Source of the DNA: Candidatus Dormiibacterota bacterium
GTDB taxonomy: Bacteria; Chloroflexota; Dormibacteria; Aeolococcales; Bog-877
Assembly: GCA_027339635.1 (NCBI GenBank)
Contig: DAHWNZ010000006.1
Location: forward strand, 6,500 to 70,499
Length of the DNA stretch: 64,000 bases
Reading direction: 5' to 3'
A program made the position numbers and the translations under genes. Position 1 is the first letter of the stretch. The number at the start of each line of letters is the position of its first letter. The notes under the pieces were generated by a model. That model saw only the letters and a program-made list of their open reading frames with translations, did not search any database and was not told where the DNA came from. Positions 29,380 to 42,912 of the stretch are shown piece after piece.

Positions 29380-29985
29380 TCAGCGGGCGCGCCGCAGCAG
29401 CAGTCTCCACCCGACCCAGATCGCGACCGCAACCAGGACCAGCCCCAGGGTGGGCAGCAGGCTCTTGGAACCCAGGTCGAGAATGGTCTTGTAGTTCGCG
29501 CCCAAGGCGTCGCCGACGGAGGTGACGGTGGCGCACCAAACCAGCGCGCCGAGCAGCATGGCGGGATAGAAGACCTTGGGGGGAATGGCCGCGATCCCGG
29601 CAGCGTAGGACGCGATGTTGCGGGCGAAGGGGATGACTCGCGTCAGAAACACCCCGATCCCGCCTCGCCTGCGGACCCAGGTTGCCGCCTCATCGAGTCG
29701 TTTCTCGGAGATCCGAACCCTGGACGCGATCCGGATCACCACCGGGCGTCCGAGAGCGTACCCGATCTGGTACGAGATGGCCGCCCCAATCGCCGACCCG
29801 GCCACGGCGCAGAGGATGAGCGGAACCAGCGACACCGATCCCCGGTGGGCAAGAAAACCCAGCGTGAGCAGGATCGCTTCGTCCGGCAGGGGCAGGCCGA
29901 CCGACTCCCCCGCCAGCCACAAGAGGACGAAGGCATAGACCCCCAGGGGCGGGAGGTGGGTGAGCTGAGAGAGGATGTGGGTCAT
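29380..29985 (-). CDS. DedA-family membrane protein
   Basis: ES.GLPLPDE, Y.IG, RVIPFAR..SY.AG. Confidence 0.9.
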   Translation of the reverse strand: MTHILSQLTHLPPLGVYAFVLLWLAGESVGLPLPDEAILLTLGFLAHRGSVSLVPLILCAVAGSAIGAAISYQIGYALGRPVVIRIASRVRISEKRLDEAATWVRRRGGIGVFLTRVIPFARNIASYAAGIAAIPPKVFYPAMLLGALVWCATVTSVGDALGANYKTILDLGSKSLLPTLGLVLVAVAIWVGWRLLLRRAR

Positions 29986-30045
29986 GATGGGGCTCCCAGG
30001 AGGCTAGTTGAAGACCCTGAGAGCCACCCATGTGCCCTCAGGGGC

Positions 30046-32511
30046 CTATTCCTCCTCGAGGTCGCCGGGGGCGGCGATGCCAGCGATCGAGCCGATCGCG
30101 TCACCCTCGTCGAGGCGCATCAGGATCACGCCCCTGGTCTGGCGGCTGCTTATGCGCACTCCGTCGAGGGGCATGCGGATGATCTGGCCCTTGGTGCTGA
30201 TCAGCATGAGCTCCCCCTCCAGGCTATCCACCATCCTGGCTCCCACAATCTCTCCGACCTTTGAGATCGCGGTCTGATCCAGGGTGTAAACCCCCTGGAT
30301 CGCCCTTCCCTTGACCGGGTACTCGGCGACCGGAGTCAATTTCCCGTATCCGCGGGCTGTCACCACCAGGACGTGGCCCCCCTCGGTGACTATGTCCATG
30401 CCTGCCACCGAGTCGCCGGGGCGGAGACGGACGGCTGTCACGCCCTGGGTGTCGCGGCCCATTGGTCTCACCTCGCGCTCATGGAAGCGAAGCGCCTTGC
30501 CCATCCTGGTGACCAGGAGGATGTGATCCCCGCCGGTGCTGACCTTGACCCAGTCCAGCTCGTCGCCCTCACTCAGATTCATGGCGATGAGGCCATTGCG
30601 ACGCACCGACGCGTAGGCCGCGGCGGGGGTCTTCTTGATGTGCCCGCGGAGGGTTGCCATCACCATGTAGGACTCATCTGAGTACCCGTCGACGGAAAGC
30701 ATCGAGGTCACCCGCTCGCCCTGGTCCATCTCCAGCAGGTTGATCGCGGCCGTGCCCTTGGCCTGCCGACTCACGTCGGGGATCTCGTGGGTCCGAAGCC
30801 GGAACACCCTGCCCTTGTTCGTGAAGAAGAGCATGTCGGAGTGGGTTGACGCCACCCGCAGGAACTCCACGTAGTCCTCCTCTCCGACCCGCTTGGCGCC
30901 CAAGACCCCCTTGCCGCCCCTGCGCTGGGAGCGGTAGTCGCTGATGGGGGTGCGCTTGATGTAACCCCGGTGGGTGAGGGTGACCACCACCTGCTCCTTG
31001 GGGATCAGGTCCTCCTCATTGAGCTCGATGTCACCGTGGCTGATCTCGGTGCGGCGCGCGTCGCCGTACTTCTTGCGCAGCGCCACCAGCTCCTCGCGGA
31101 CCACCGCCATCACGTTCTCGCGGCTGGACAGGATCTCCTCCAGCCCAGCGATCCTCAGCATGAGCTCGGCGTGTTCCTCCTCCAGCCGGTCCCTCTCCAA
31201 ACGCGTCAGGCGACCGAGCCTCATGTCCACGATCGCCTTGCTCTGGCGCTCGGAGAGGTTGAAGCGCTCCTCCATCTGGCGCTGAGCCGTGGCCTCGTCG
31301 GGGGCCGCCCGGATGAGTCGGATGACCTCGTCGAGGTTCTGCAGACAGATGCGCAGCCCCTCGACGATGTGGGCCCTCTCCCTGGCCCTCTCCAGGTCAT
31401 GGCGAGTCCGTCGCTCGACCACCTCGCGGCGGTACTCCAGGTAGTGCTGCAGCATGGCCCTGAGCGACAGCACCTGGGGCCTCCCGTCCACCAGGGCCAG
31501 CAGGATGCAGGTGAAGGTGGACTGGAGCTGGGTGTGCTTGTAGAGGTTGTTCAGCACCGTGTAGGGACGCGCGTCCCGTTTCAGCTCGATCACCAGGCGG
31601 GTTCCCTCACGCCTACCTGTCTCGTTGCGGATGTCGGCGATCCCCTCCAGCTTGCGCTCGTTGACGAGCTCGGCGATCGTCTGCAGCACCCGGCTCGGGT
31701 TCACCTGGTAGGGCAGCTGCGTGACTATGATCTGCTCCCGGCCGGACTTCGACTCCTCGAAGGCGACCCTCGCCCGCTGCACCACCCTGCCATGGCCGGT
31801 GCCGTACACCTGGGGAATGTCCTTGCCATAGACGATGCCGCCGGTCGGGAAGTCAGGGCCCGGAATCAGCTTCATCAGCTCCTCGGTGTCGGCCTCGGGA
31901 TTGTCAATCAGGCGCACCAGCCCGTCGCAGACCTCGCTCAGGTTGTGCGGGGGGATGCTGGTCGCCATGCCCACCGCGATCCCGGCCGCCCCGTTCACCA
32001 GGAGGTTGGGCAGGGCCGCGGGCAGCACCGACGGCTCCTTGGTGCTGGCCGAGTAGTTGTCGACGAAGTCGACCGTGTCCTTGTCGATATCCGCGACCAT
32101 CTCCGCCGCGATCGGGGCCATTCGCGCCTCGGTGTAGCGGTAGGCTGCCGCGGGATCGCCCTCGGGGGACCCGAAGTTGCCCTGTCCGTCCACCAGGGGG
32201 TAGCGCATGACCCAGGGCTGGGCCAAGCGCACCAGGGTGTCGTAAACCGAGATGTCCCCGTGGGGGTGGTAGTTCTTGAGAACCTCACCCACGATGGCTG
32301 CGCACTTCTGGTGGGAGGCCCCGGGGGTCATCCCCTGCTCCTGCATCGCGTAGAGGATCCGCCGCTGCACCGGCTTGAGGCCATCTCTGACGTCGGGGAG
32401 CGCCCTGGCGACGATGACGCTCATGGCGTAGACCAGATACGACTCCCTCATCTCGGTGACCAGCTCCACGCCCCTGGTCTGGCCGGCACCTCCACCCATC
32501 TCAATGGCCAC
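30046..32511 (-). CDS. gyrA: DNA gyrase subunit A
   Basis: [29 protein letters not shown], GyrA-box QRRGGKG, C-terminal pinwheel repeats. Confidence 0.97.
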   Translation of the reverse strand: MAIEMGGGAGQTRGVELVTEMRESYLVYAMSVIVARALPDVRDGLKPVQRRILYAMQEQGMTPGASHQKCAAIVGEVLKNYHPHGDISVYDTLVRLAQPWVMRYPLVDGQGNFGSPEGDPAAAYRYTEARMAPIAAEMVADIDKDTVDFVDNYSASTKEPSVLPAALPNLLVNGAAGIAVGMATSIPPHNLSEVCDGLVRLIDNPEADTEELMKLIPGPDFPTGGIVYGKDIPQVYGTGHGRVVQRARVAFEESKSGREQIIVTQLPYQVNPSRVLQTIAELVNERKLEGIADIRNETGRREGTRLVIELKRDARPYTVLNNLYKHTQLQSTFTCILLALVDGRPQVLSLRAMLQHYLEYRREVVERRTRHDLERARERAHIVEGLRICLQNLDEVIRLIRAAPDEATAQRQMEERFNLSERQSKAIVDMRLGRLTRLERDRLEEEHAELMLRIAGLEEILSSRENVMAVVREELVALRKKYGDARRTEISHGDIELNEEDLIPKEQVVVTLTHRGYIKRTPISDYRSQRRGGKGVLGAKRVGEEDYVEFLRVASTHSDMLFFTNKGRVFRLRTHEIPDVSRQAKGTAAINLLEMDQGERVTSMLSVDGYSDESYMVMATLRGHIKKTPAAAYASVRRNGLIAMNLSEGDELDWVKVSTGGDHILLVTRMGKALRFHEREVRPMGRDTQGVTAVRLRPGDSVAGMDIVTEGGHVLVVTARGYGKLTPVAEYPVKGRAIQGVYTLDQTAISKVGEIVGARMVDSLEGELMLISTKGQIIRMPLDGVRISSRQTRGVILMRLDEGDAIGSIAGIAAPGDLEEE

Positions 32512-32514
32512 CTG

Positions 32515-35636
<3,122 letters not shown>

Positions 35637-35703
35637 CTAACAGTTGCGAGATGGGAAACCGAGGCCGGAGCGCAGGCGGGTCGCGAGTCCTGGGATCGGC
35701 GGG

Positions 35704-37365
35704 TCAGCGCCTCGCTTCACGACCCTTTACAAGGTCCCAGCTGGGAGAGTCGGCCTCCCGCACGCGGCCGTCCTCGTCGAAGATCACAAAGCGCGTGAAG
35801 GACCTCGCGAACCAACGGTCGTGGGTGACCGCCACGACCGTCCCCTGGAACTCCAGGAGGCCATCCTCCAGTGCTTGAGCGCTGATCATGTCCAGGTTCC
35901 CGGTTGGCTCGTCCAGGACCAGCATGGTGGCCCCGAGCAGCTCCAGCAGCAGGATCTGGAATCGGGCCTGCTGACCGCCGGAGAGGACGTCCAAGGTTCG
36001 CTCACGCTGGGCGTCAAGCTCATAGCGCCTCAGCGCTCCCATGATCTGCCGGTTGTCGAGATGAGCCTCCTCCGCGAGGATCGCGGCGAGCGGGCGGGCG
36101 TCGGGGGGCCCCAACCGCTCGTACGCCTGGGCGAAGTATCCGGGCACCACCCTTGCTCCCAGCCGGCATGAGCCGACCCACTCGGTCCGCTCCCGCTGGC
36201 AGGGGGGTGCCTGGGGCGCGACCCCACCCTGGGCCAAGAGCTCGAGGAATCGAGACTTCCCAGTCCCATTCGCTCCCAGCACGGCCAGCCGTTCGCCGTA
36301 GAAAACCTCGAGGTCGAAGGGGGCGATGAGCCCCGGCAGCCGAAGCCCCCGGCAGGTGAGCGCGCGGACCCCGGTCCTTCCTCCCCGGAGTCGGATGTCG
36401 ACAGCCTGCGCCTTGGGTGGTGAGGGGGGAGGCCCAGCGGCTTCGAAGTGTCGGAGCCTGGTCACCGCCGCGTGGTACCTGCCCGCCATCGCCTGCGACA
36501 CGCGCGCCTGCTCTCGCAGGGTCAGCACCAGCTCCCGCAGCCTCAGGTGCTCCTCGTGCCAGCGGTCCAGCACCTCTGCCTGGCGCTGGTGTCGATCTCG
36601 GCGCGCCTGCGGGTATTCTGCGAACGAGCCGCCGTGCACCCAGCAGCTGCCCTGCTCCAGGGTCACGAGGCGCTGGGCGCAGCGGGAGAGCATCTCCCGA
36701 TCGTGAGAGATAAGAAGAACGGTCTTGGTGGTGGCCAGCAGCTGCTCTTCCAGCCAGCGCTTGGCCGGGACGTCAAGGAAATTGTCGGGCTCGTCGAGGA
36801 GCAGGATGGAGTCCTCCCCGCGCAGCAGGGTCTCCAGGACCAGTCGCTTCTGCTCCCCGCCAGACAGGGTGGCTGCCTGCCGCGACTCCAGCTCTTCCAG
36901 GGTGGTGCCGATCGCACTGGCGCAGCACAGGTCCCAGAGCGCCTCCACCTGGTACCCGCCCAGATCTGCCCAGTCGGCGATCGCCTGAGCGTATCCGAGC
37001 TGGCTCTCCTCTGACGCCTCTTGGGCCATCGCCCGCTCCCAGTGCCGCAGACCACGCGCCGCCCGAGCCATGGGGCCTTGAAGGGTCGTCTCCAGAAGCG
37101 CTCGGATCGACAGCGCCCCCCGCTCCCGACCCAGGGATTGGTGCATCACGGCGACCCGACCACCGACCGTTATCACTCCCTCGCTGGGCTCGAGTTCCCC
37201 CGAGATCAGGCGCATCAGTGTCGTCTTCCCGCCACCGTTGGGTCCGACAAGGGCGGTGCGCGAGCCGGGGCCGACTCGAAACGAGATGTCTCTCAGGAGC
37301 GGGCGGCCGTCCGCAAGCCGGTAGCCGACGTGGGCCAGGTCCAGGTGCGCCATGCGCTCACTCAC
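35704..37365 (-). CDS. ABC-F family ATPase (ribosome-associated)
   Basis: Two NBDs (GPNGGGKT/LSGGE/LDEPDN and GANGTGKS/LSGGQ/LDEPTG), no TM segments. Confidence 0.9.
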   Translation of the reverse strand: MSERMAHLDLAHVGYRLADGRPLLRDISFRVGPGSRTALVGPNGGGKTTLMRLISGELEPSEGVITVGGRVAVMHQSLGRERGALSIRALLETTLQGPMARAARGLRHWERAMAQEASEESQLGYAQAIADWADLGGYQVEALWDLCCASAIGTTLEELESRQAATLSGGEQKRLVLETLLRGEDSILLLDEPDNFLDVPAKRWLEEQLLATTKTVLLISHDREMLSRCAQRLVTLEQGSCWVHGGSFAEYPQARRDRHQRQAEVLDRWHEEHLRLRELVLTLREQARVSQAMAGRYHAAVTRLRHFEAAGPPPSPPKAQAVDIRLRGGRTGVRALTCRGLRLPGLIAPFDLEVFYGERLAVLGANGTGKSRFLELLAQGGVAPQAPPCQRERTEWVGSCRLGARVVPGYFAQAYERLGPPDARPLAAILAEEAHLDNRQIMGALRRYELDAQRERTLDVLSGGQQARFQILLLELLGATMLVLDEPTGNLDMISAQALEDGLLEFQGTVVAVTHDRWFARSFTRFVIFDEDGRVREADSPSWDLVKGREARR

Positions 37366-37471
37366 TCAATGGCGGGCGACCGCCCCAGTCTCCGCGCTCA
37401 CCGCCACTCCGGCTTCGACCCGGGGCATCTCGGGGAGTACCCCAACCCGCCCCGCCAAGCTGGGCGAGTCA

Positions 37472-37948
37472 TCAAGCGCGGGACTCGGAGAGCAACAGCC
37501 CCGCCAGGAGGTAGCAGGCCACGGCGGAAAAGGCGAGCAAGGACATGAGCAGCGAGCTGATCTCCTGACCGCCGAAGTCGAGGAAACTGGCGCCGTTGAA
37601 CCCGGCCCCGACAACCAGCAGCGCCGCCACCACCAGAACCACCGCGGCGGCCCCGCCTCTAAGCGCCACGGCCCGTCCCGCCGCCGCCGCGGCCATGACC
37701 ACCAGGGCCAGCCCGAAGGCCGCGTGGATGGCCAGGGCGGGGCCCCCGGAGGTGATCGCCCACGCCAGGCTGCGCGCCGACCCGGTGAGGTAGTTCGCCG
37801 GTTGTGAGCCGGGATGCGCCGCGGGGATCGCCGAGTAGAGATTGACCACCATTCCGAGGGCGAGCTGGACCACGGCACCGATCCCGGCGGCGAAGGTCAT
37901 GTACCGCAGCTCCCGCTGGCGGCGACGCGAAGCTGGTGCGACACCCAC
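37472..37948 (-). CDS. Hypothetical 4-TM membrane protein
   Basis: Hydrophobic helices; TATCCT 6 nt before GTG. Confidence 0.7.
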   Translation of the reverse strand: MGVAPASRRRQRELRYMTFAAGIGAVVQLALGMVVNLYSAIPAAHPGSQPANYLTGSARSLAWAITSGGPALAIHAAFGLALVVMAAAAAGRAVALRGGAAAVVLVVAALLVVGAGFNGASFLDFGGQEISSLLMSLLAFSAVACYLLAGLLLSESRA

Positions 37949-38184
37949 CCCGCGAGGATACTGGGCCCCAGCTGCGACCCGCGGCAGGGCACGGCGCTGC
38001 AGGGGGATTGGGGGAAAGCCCGCCGCGGCGGGGCCCCGGCGGCGCCATGCTGCACTCCCTGGCTCACGCCGGTTCCTTCGGCGCGGTATCGTGTACGCAG
38101 CAAGCGGCTAGCCGGATGCCGGCCGGGCCAGCTGACAACAGGCTTCGGATGGGGCGGTGACCCAGCCGGGGGACCTTCATCCAC

Positions 38185-38205
38185 AGGCCCCAAGGGGCTT
38201 CTTTT
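38185..38205 (+). terminator. Intrinsic-terminator-like hairpin in the helicase leader
   Basis: AGGCCC-CAAG-GGGCTT followed by CTTTT. Confidence 0.45.
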
Positions 38206-38277
38206 GAATAGGCGGATTCCTTCGGAGGAAGTGGCGCTCTGACGCCCCCCAACCTGACCCTCGAACGGCTTCATCTG

Positions 38278-40866
38278 GTGGTGCCCGAGGGCTCGGAAGC
38301 GATGTCGTTCCTGGAGGCCCTCAACGGCCATGAGAACGGCGACGCCCGCAGCCACTTCGCGGACCAGATCGGCTCCCTGGACGACTTCGTCGTCGTGGCA
38401 GGTGCCGGAGACTCCCCGGCGGTGACTCTGTTGCTGCCCGGGATCGACGTGGCCTGCTCTCCGGTCAAGAAGGCGCGGAGCCAGCCGGCCCAGATGGCGC
38501 TTAGGGTGGAGTCGGTCAGGCCTGCCCCGCCGGCCCGGGAGGGGGTGACGCGCGGCGCCATCAGGGTGCGCTGCGTCCATCCTCTGGTCTCCTCCAAGGA
38601 GGGGACCGCGACCGACACCTACCACCTCCTCAACCTGGCCAAGCTCGCCAGGGGCTCGAAGGAGCCAGATCGGATCCTGCTGCAGACCCTGGCTCTGGTC
38701 GACGGGCTGGAGCAGGCGGAGCGGGGCCGCGCGGCCACCCAAAGGACTCCCTTCGATTCGGTGGTGGAGCTCTGGCGCTGCCGCACCTGCCGCGGCCTCT
38801 GGCGGCCTGATCGCGACGAACGCTGCCCCTCCTGCGGGCGCGAGTTCACCGATGAGGACCGCCACCGCCAGGAGGCGGGAAGGCTGGAGTTTTCGGTGCC
38901 CCCGGACCACCAGATCACGCTCAGCGTGGATGCCGCGGTGATGATCGAGCCTGAGGACGAGCCCCACTACCTGGGCCGGGTGACCAGGATCGACCATCGG
39001 CGCCGGATAGTTGAGGTGGCCTGCAAGGGATACGAGACGGCGGGGAGCGCGGGATGGATCACGCCCTCATTCAACAAGCAGCTTTACGCCGCCAAGAGAA
39101 GCACCCTGGCATCCATCGCGGGCGGGGAGGCGCGAAGCCTGCTGCTGGCCCAGCTCCTGATCGACCCCTCTTCGGTGTACGCCCCCCCGGCGCCCCCCCG
39201 GGGGGACTGGGTGACGCCGGGAATGACGAGCAACCCAGCTCAGGATCGCGCCATCGGGATCATGGTGGCTCTGGACCCGGGCCAGGCCGTCCTGATCCAG
39301 GGGCCGCCCGGGACGGGCAAGACCTCGGTCATCGTGGAGGCGGTCAAGCACCGCCTGCGGGAGAGGCCGGATGAACGCATTCTGGTGTGCTCCCACAGCA
39401 ACCTGGCGGTCGACAACGCCCTGGAGCGTCTGGCCGGCACCCCCGGGCTGCGCGCCGTGAGGATCGCCAAGGCGGAGCGGGTCCACCCCACGGTCGACTC
39501 CTTCAGAGTCGAGGACGAGGACGACGACCGCCTGATACGTGCCAATGTCTTCTTCGCCACCTGTGCGACCGCGGCCACCTCTTCCATCACCACCGACGAG
39601 GCGTTCGACCTCGTGATCCTGGACGAGGCCAACAAGGCCCGGATAGACGAGGCGCTGCCGTGTTTGCGCCTGGGGGCAGCCCTGGTGCTGGTCGGCGACC
39701 ACAAGCAACTGCCGCCGGTGGAGGACGACGCCATCTACCAGATCGTGGAGGAGCGGCCCGACCTGGAGGAGATCGTCGACACGAGCCTCTTCGAGCGCTG
39801 CTGGGAAGGCGGGGTGCCCGATCAGGCCCGGTGTCTGCTGGTAGAGCAGCACCGCATGCACCCGGAGATTGCTCAGTACATCAGCGCCACCTCCTACGAC
39901 AACCAGCTGGAGAATGCGCCCGAGGTCGTCGAGTACAGCTACATCACGAGGCGACCATTCCCGGTGGCGCTGCACATGGTCGATACCACCGGGCTTCGAG
40001 GGGGACGGGAGCGGCGCGGAGCCGGGGGCGCCCTGCGCAATGACGCGGAGGTCAAGGTCTGCGCCCAGGTGGTCCGCCTCCTCGATGAGCGGGTGGACCC
40101 GAGGCTCTCCCTGGCGGTGATCGCGATGTATGCGGATCAGGTGGACCACCTGCGCCACTCTCTCAGCCGCCGCCACTTCCGCCGCCCGGTGAGAATCGAC
40201 ACCGTCGACTCCTTCGAGGGGCGCGAGGAGGACATGGTGGTGATCAGCCTGGTGCGCAGCAATGAGCGCGGCCGGATCGGCTTCCTGCGCGTCCCCAACC
40301 GCCTCAACGTGGCCATCTCCCGCGCCCGCCATCTGGTGGTGTGCGTGGGGGATGCCACCACGCTTCGCGCCGGTGAGGAGACCATGTACGGTCGCCTGGT
40401 CGACGCGGCCAAGGAGTGCGGCGGCTATCTTAAGGCCACTGAACTGCTGGGGAGCCGCAGGGGCAGGTCCCAGCCGCGCCGACAGGGGGTACCACCGGGC
40501 ACGCTCGCGGAGGGCGGCCCCCGCCGCCACCGGCGGCGCCGCAGGCGCCCGGCCGGGACAGCTCTCGGAGGCGCCGCGACGGCTGAGGGTGGCGCGGCCG
40601 CACCAAGCGGAGCCACGCCACCCCCTGGTGGGGACGGCCCGGCGCGCCGGCGTCGGAGAAGGCGACGCAAGCCATTCTCGGGAAACGCTGCCACCAGCCC
40701 GGTCGGTGCCACTGCCACCGGGCCGGCCGCAGGTCCTGATGAGCCGGGGGGTGGTGAGCGGCGGCGGAGCAGGCGCCGGCGGCGGCCCCCGGGAGGGGGC
40801 GGTGCTGATAACGTGCCGAACCAACCGAGGGAGCCGGCCAGCGGCGGTACAGGAGGTGGCGAATGA
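38278..40866 (+). CDS. Upf1/DNA2/NAM7-like superfamily 1 helicase with zinc ribbon and Arg-rich tail (start may be CTG 38239)
   Basis: QGPPGTGKT, SNLAVDN, ILDEA, GDHKQLPP, SLFER, HRMHPEI, TVDSFEGRE, RLNVAISRAR. Confidence 0.9.
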   Translation: MVPEGSEAMSFLEALNGHENGDARSHFADQIGSLDDFVVVAGAGDSPAVTLLLPGIDVACSPVKKARSQPAQMALRVESVRPAPPAREGVTRGAIRVRCVHPLVSSKEGTATDTYHLLNLAKLARGSKEPDRILLQTLALVDGLEQAERGRAATQRTPFDSVVELWRCRTCRGLWRPDRDERCPSCGREFTDEDRHRQEAGRLEFSVPPDHQITLSVDAAVMIEPEDEPHYLGRVTRIDHRRRIVEVACKGYETAGSAGWITPSFNKQLYAAKRSTLASIAGGEARSLLLAQLLIDPSSVYAPPAPPRGDWVTPGMTSNPAQDRAIGIMVALDPGQAVLIQGPPGTGKTSVIVEAVKHRLRERPDERILVCSHSNLAVDNALERLAGTPGLRAVRIAKAERVHPTVDSFRVEDEDDDRLIRANVFFATCATAATSSITTDEAFDLVILDEANKARIDEALPCLRLGAALVLVGDHKQLPPVEDDAIYQIVEERPDLEEIVDTSLFERCWEGGVPDQARCLLVEQHRMHPEIAQYISATSYDNQLENAPEVVEYSYITRRPFPVALHMVDTTGLRGGRERRGAGGALRNDAEVKVCAQVVRLLDERVDPRLSLAVIAMYADQVDHLRHSLSRRHFRRPVRIDTVDSFEGREEDMVVISLVRSNERGRIGFLRVPNRLNVAISRARHLVVCVGDATTLRAGEETMYGRLVDAAKECGGYLKATELLGSRRGRSQPRRQGVPPGTLAEGGPRRHRRRRRRPAGTALGGAATAEGGAAAPSGATPPPGGDGPARRRRRRRRKPFSGNAATSPVGATATGPAAGPDEPGGGERRRSRRRRRPPGGGGADNVPNQPREPASGGTGGGE

Positions 40867-41723
40867 GTGGGTCCGGGTTCAGGACGGTATTCGTGGCCGG
40901 CGCCGGCTTGATGGGGGCGGGAATCGCCCACACGGTGGCTCAGCACGGGTTGGAGGTCCTTCTTTACGACTCCGCCCCGGGGGCCGCGGAGTCCGCGATC
41001 TCACGGATCCGGCAGCGATTGCAGCGGTCGGAGGAGCAGGGCAGGCTGGAGCAAGGGGCGGCCGCGGCGGCCGGATCCCGGCTGCGGGTCGCCGTCGAGC
41101 CTTCGGGAGTGGAGGGGGCCGACCTGGTCATCGAGGCGATCTCGGAGCAGCTTGAGACCAAGGTCGCCTTCTGGGAGGATCTGGATGGGAGATGTGCTCG
41201 CGAGGTGATCTTCACCAGCAACACCAGCTCCATCCCCATAACCCGGCTGGCGGCAGCGACGGGGCGGCCCGACCGGTTCATGGGCATGCATTTCTACAGC
41301 CCGGTCCCTGTCATGGAGCTGGTTGAGCTGATTCGCGGCCTGACCACATCGGAGGAGACCCACTCGCGGATCGAGAAGCTGGCCCAGGAGCTGGGAAAGA
41401 TTCCGGTGAGTTCCAGCGACACTCCCGGGTTCATCGGCAACCGCATCCTCATCCCCTTCCTCAACGAGGCCATCCAGGCCCTCCAGGAGGGTGTGGGCTC
41501 CGCGCACGACATCGACCAGGTGGCCAAGCTGGGATTCCGCCATCCGATGGGACCGCTCGAGCTCGCCGACTTCATCGGCCTCGATGTGGTCCTGGCGATC
41601 TGCCGGGTCATGCATCGGGGCCTGCACGACAACCGCTACGCCCCCAACCCGCTCCTGGAGCGGATGGTGGAGGCCGGGCGTCTGGGCCGCAAGACTGGGC
41701 GAGGTTTCCACGATTACCAGTAG
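40863..41723 (+). CDS. hbd: 3-hydroxybutyryl-CoA/3-hydroxyacyl-CoA dehydrogenase
   Basis: GAGLMGAGIA, IEAISE, SNTSS, GMHF, PGFIGNR, HPMGPLELADFIGLD. Confidence 0.92.
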   Translation: MSGSGFRTVFVAGAGLMGAGIAHTVAQHGLEVLLYDSAPGAAESAISRIRQRLQRSEEQGRLEQGAAAAAGSRLRVAVEPSGVEGADLVIEAISEQLETKVAFWEDLDGRCAREVIFTSNTSSIPITRLAAATGRPDRFMGMHFYSPVPVMELVELIRGLTTSEETHSRIEKLAQELGKIPVSSSDTPGFIGNRILIPFLNEAIQALQEGVGSAHDIDQVAKLGFRHPMGPLELADFIGLDVVLAICRVMHRGLHDNRYAPNPLLERMVEAGRLGRKTGRGFHDYQ

Positions 41724-41743
41724 AACCCACGACGGGCCGGGCC

Positions 41744-42829
41744 CTACAGGTCTCGGCTGAAGACCTCAATCAGGTGGCGGATGCCGGTCGGGTAGCGGTA
41801 CTCGATCCCTCCGTGGCCACCCTCAAACAGCTCCAGACGGATGTCGGCCACGCCCACCCGCTCAAGGGAGGCGCGGACGGCGGTGGCGCCCACCTCGAGA
41901 TGGAACTCGTCCGAGCGGCCGCCGTCGAGGTAGACCGCCTTCAGTTGGGATGCTGCATCCGGGCGAGCCGTCACCATCCGGACCGGGTCCCATTCCAACC
42001 ACCTGTCCCAGACAGCCGGAATCATTTCCCCGGTCTCCACCGAAAAGGGCATCTCCGGGGTACCGTCCGAGGCGGCTGAGTAGCAGGCGGCCATGCAGTA
42101 GCTGTTGACCAGGGTGTGATCGGTGGGACGGGACTGGCCGGGACGGGCCCGGAACTCCTCCCAGAACCTGGCGAATGAGCCTTGATAATGATCCCGGAGC
42201 ACCCTGATGGTCTCGGGAAACTCGGGCAGGTAGCAGAACTCGAACATGGCGTCCCCGGCGTGGCTCGCCAGGCCGGAAAAGAGGTCCGGTCGCAGTAGCG
42301 GGGTGACCATCGCGCCATAGCCCCCGCTGGACTTTCCCGCCACGCCCCGGTGATCGCGATCCGCGATGGTCCTGAGGCGGGCGTCAACCGCTGGGACGAC
42401 CTCGTCACAAAGGTAGCTGTGATACCTACCCGTCCCCGGCGAGTCGAGGAACTGGCTGCCCCCGAGGCTGGTCCAGCAGTCCACAAAGACGAGGATCGCG
42501 GGCGGGGTCGCGGGATCGCTGAACAGCTGGTCGTACAGCTCCATCGGAGTGAGGCGGAAGGCGCTGCGATTCCGCCACATGTCGAGCTGGCCGGTCATCC
42601 CCTGCAGCACGTAGATGGTGGGAAAGCGCCGGCCTGGGTCGCTGCCATAGGCGGGTGGCAGGTACACGTAGAGGGGTCGTCGGGCGGGGTCGCCCAGGCT
42701 GTTGCCGGTCAGCACCCGGCTGTCTATCGCGAACTCCAGCAGCTGCCCCTGCATCGGTCTGGCCCAGGGCGCGCCCAGCTCGCCTGGCGAGGTTAGCTCG
42801 AGGGGCGCCTGCTGGTTAGACCCTTCCAT
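41744..42829 (-). CDS. Enterochelin-esterase-like alpha/beta hydrolase
   Basis: VYLPP.Y, nucleophile elbow GKSSGGYG, D.G..DEF, GGH. Confidence 0.85.
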   Translation of the reverse strand: MEGSNQQAPLELTSPGELGAPWARPMQGQLLEFAIDSRVLTGNSLGDPARRPLYVYLPPAYGSDPGRRFPTIYVLQGMTGQLDMWRNRSAFRLTPMELYDQLFSDPATPPAILVFVDCWTSLGGSQFLDSPGTGRYHSYLCDEVVPAVDARLRTIADRDHRGVAGKSSGGYGAMVTPLLRPDLFSGLASHAGDAMFEFCYLPEFPETIRVLRDHYQGSFARFWEEFRARPGQSRPTDHTLVNSYCMAACYSAASDGTPEMPFSVETGEMIPAVWDRWLEWDPVRMVTARPDAASQLKAVYLDGGRSDEFHLEVGATAVRASLERVGVADIRLELFEGGHGGIEYRYPTGIRHLIEVFSRDL

Positions 42830-42912
42830 CCATCAATCTCCTCACGCATTGAGCCAAGTTGAGGCCGGCCCGCAGGCGACCACCCACCGTCCGCCCCATG
42901 ATAGGAGGGAGG

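Noticed and set aside
35704..37365. Antibiotic-resistance ABC-F
   Set aside because: Subfamily cannot be assigned by eye and no attenuator leader peptide is evident
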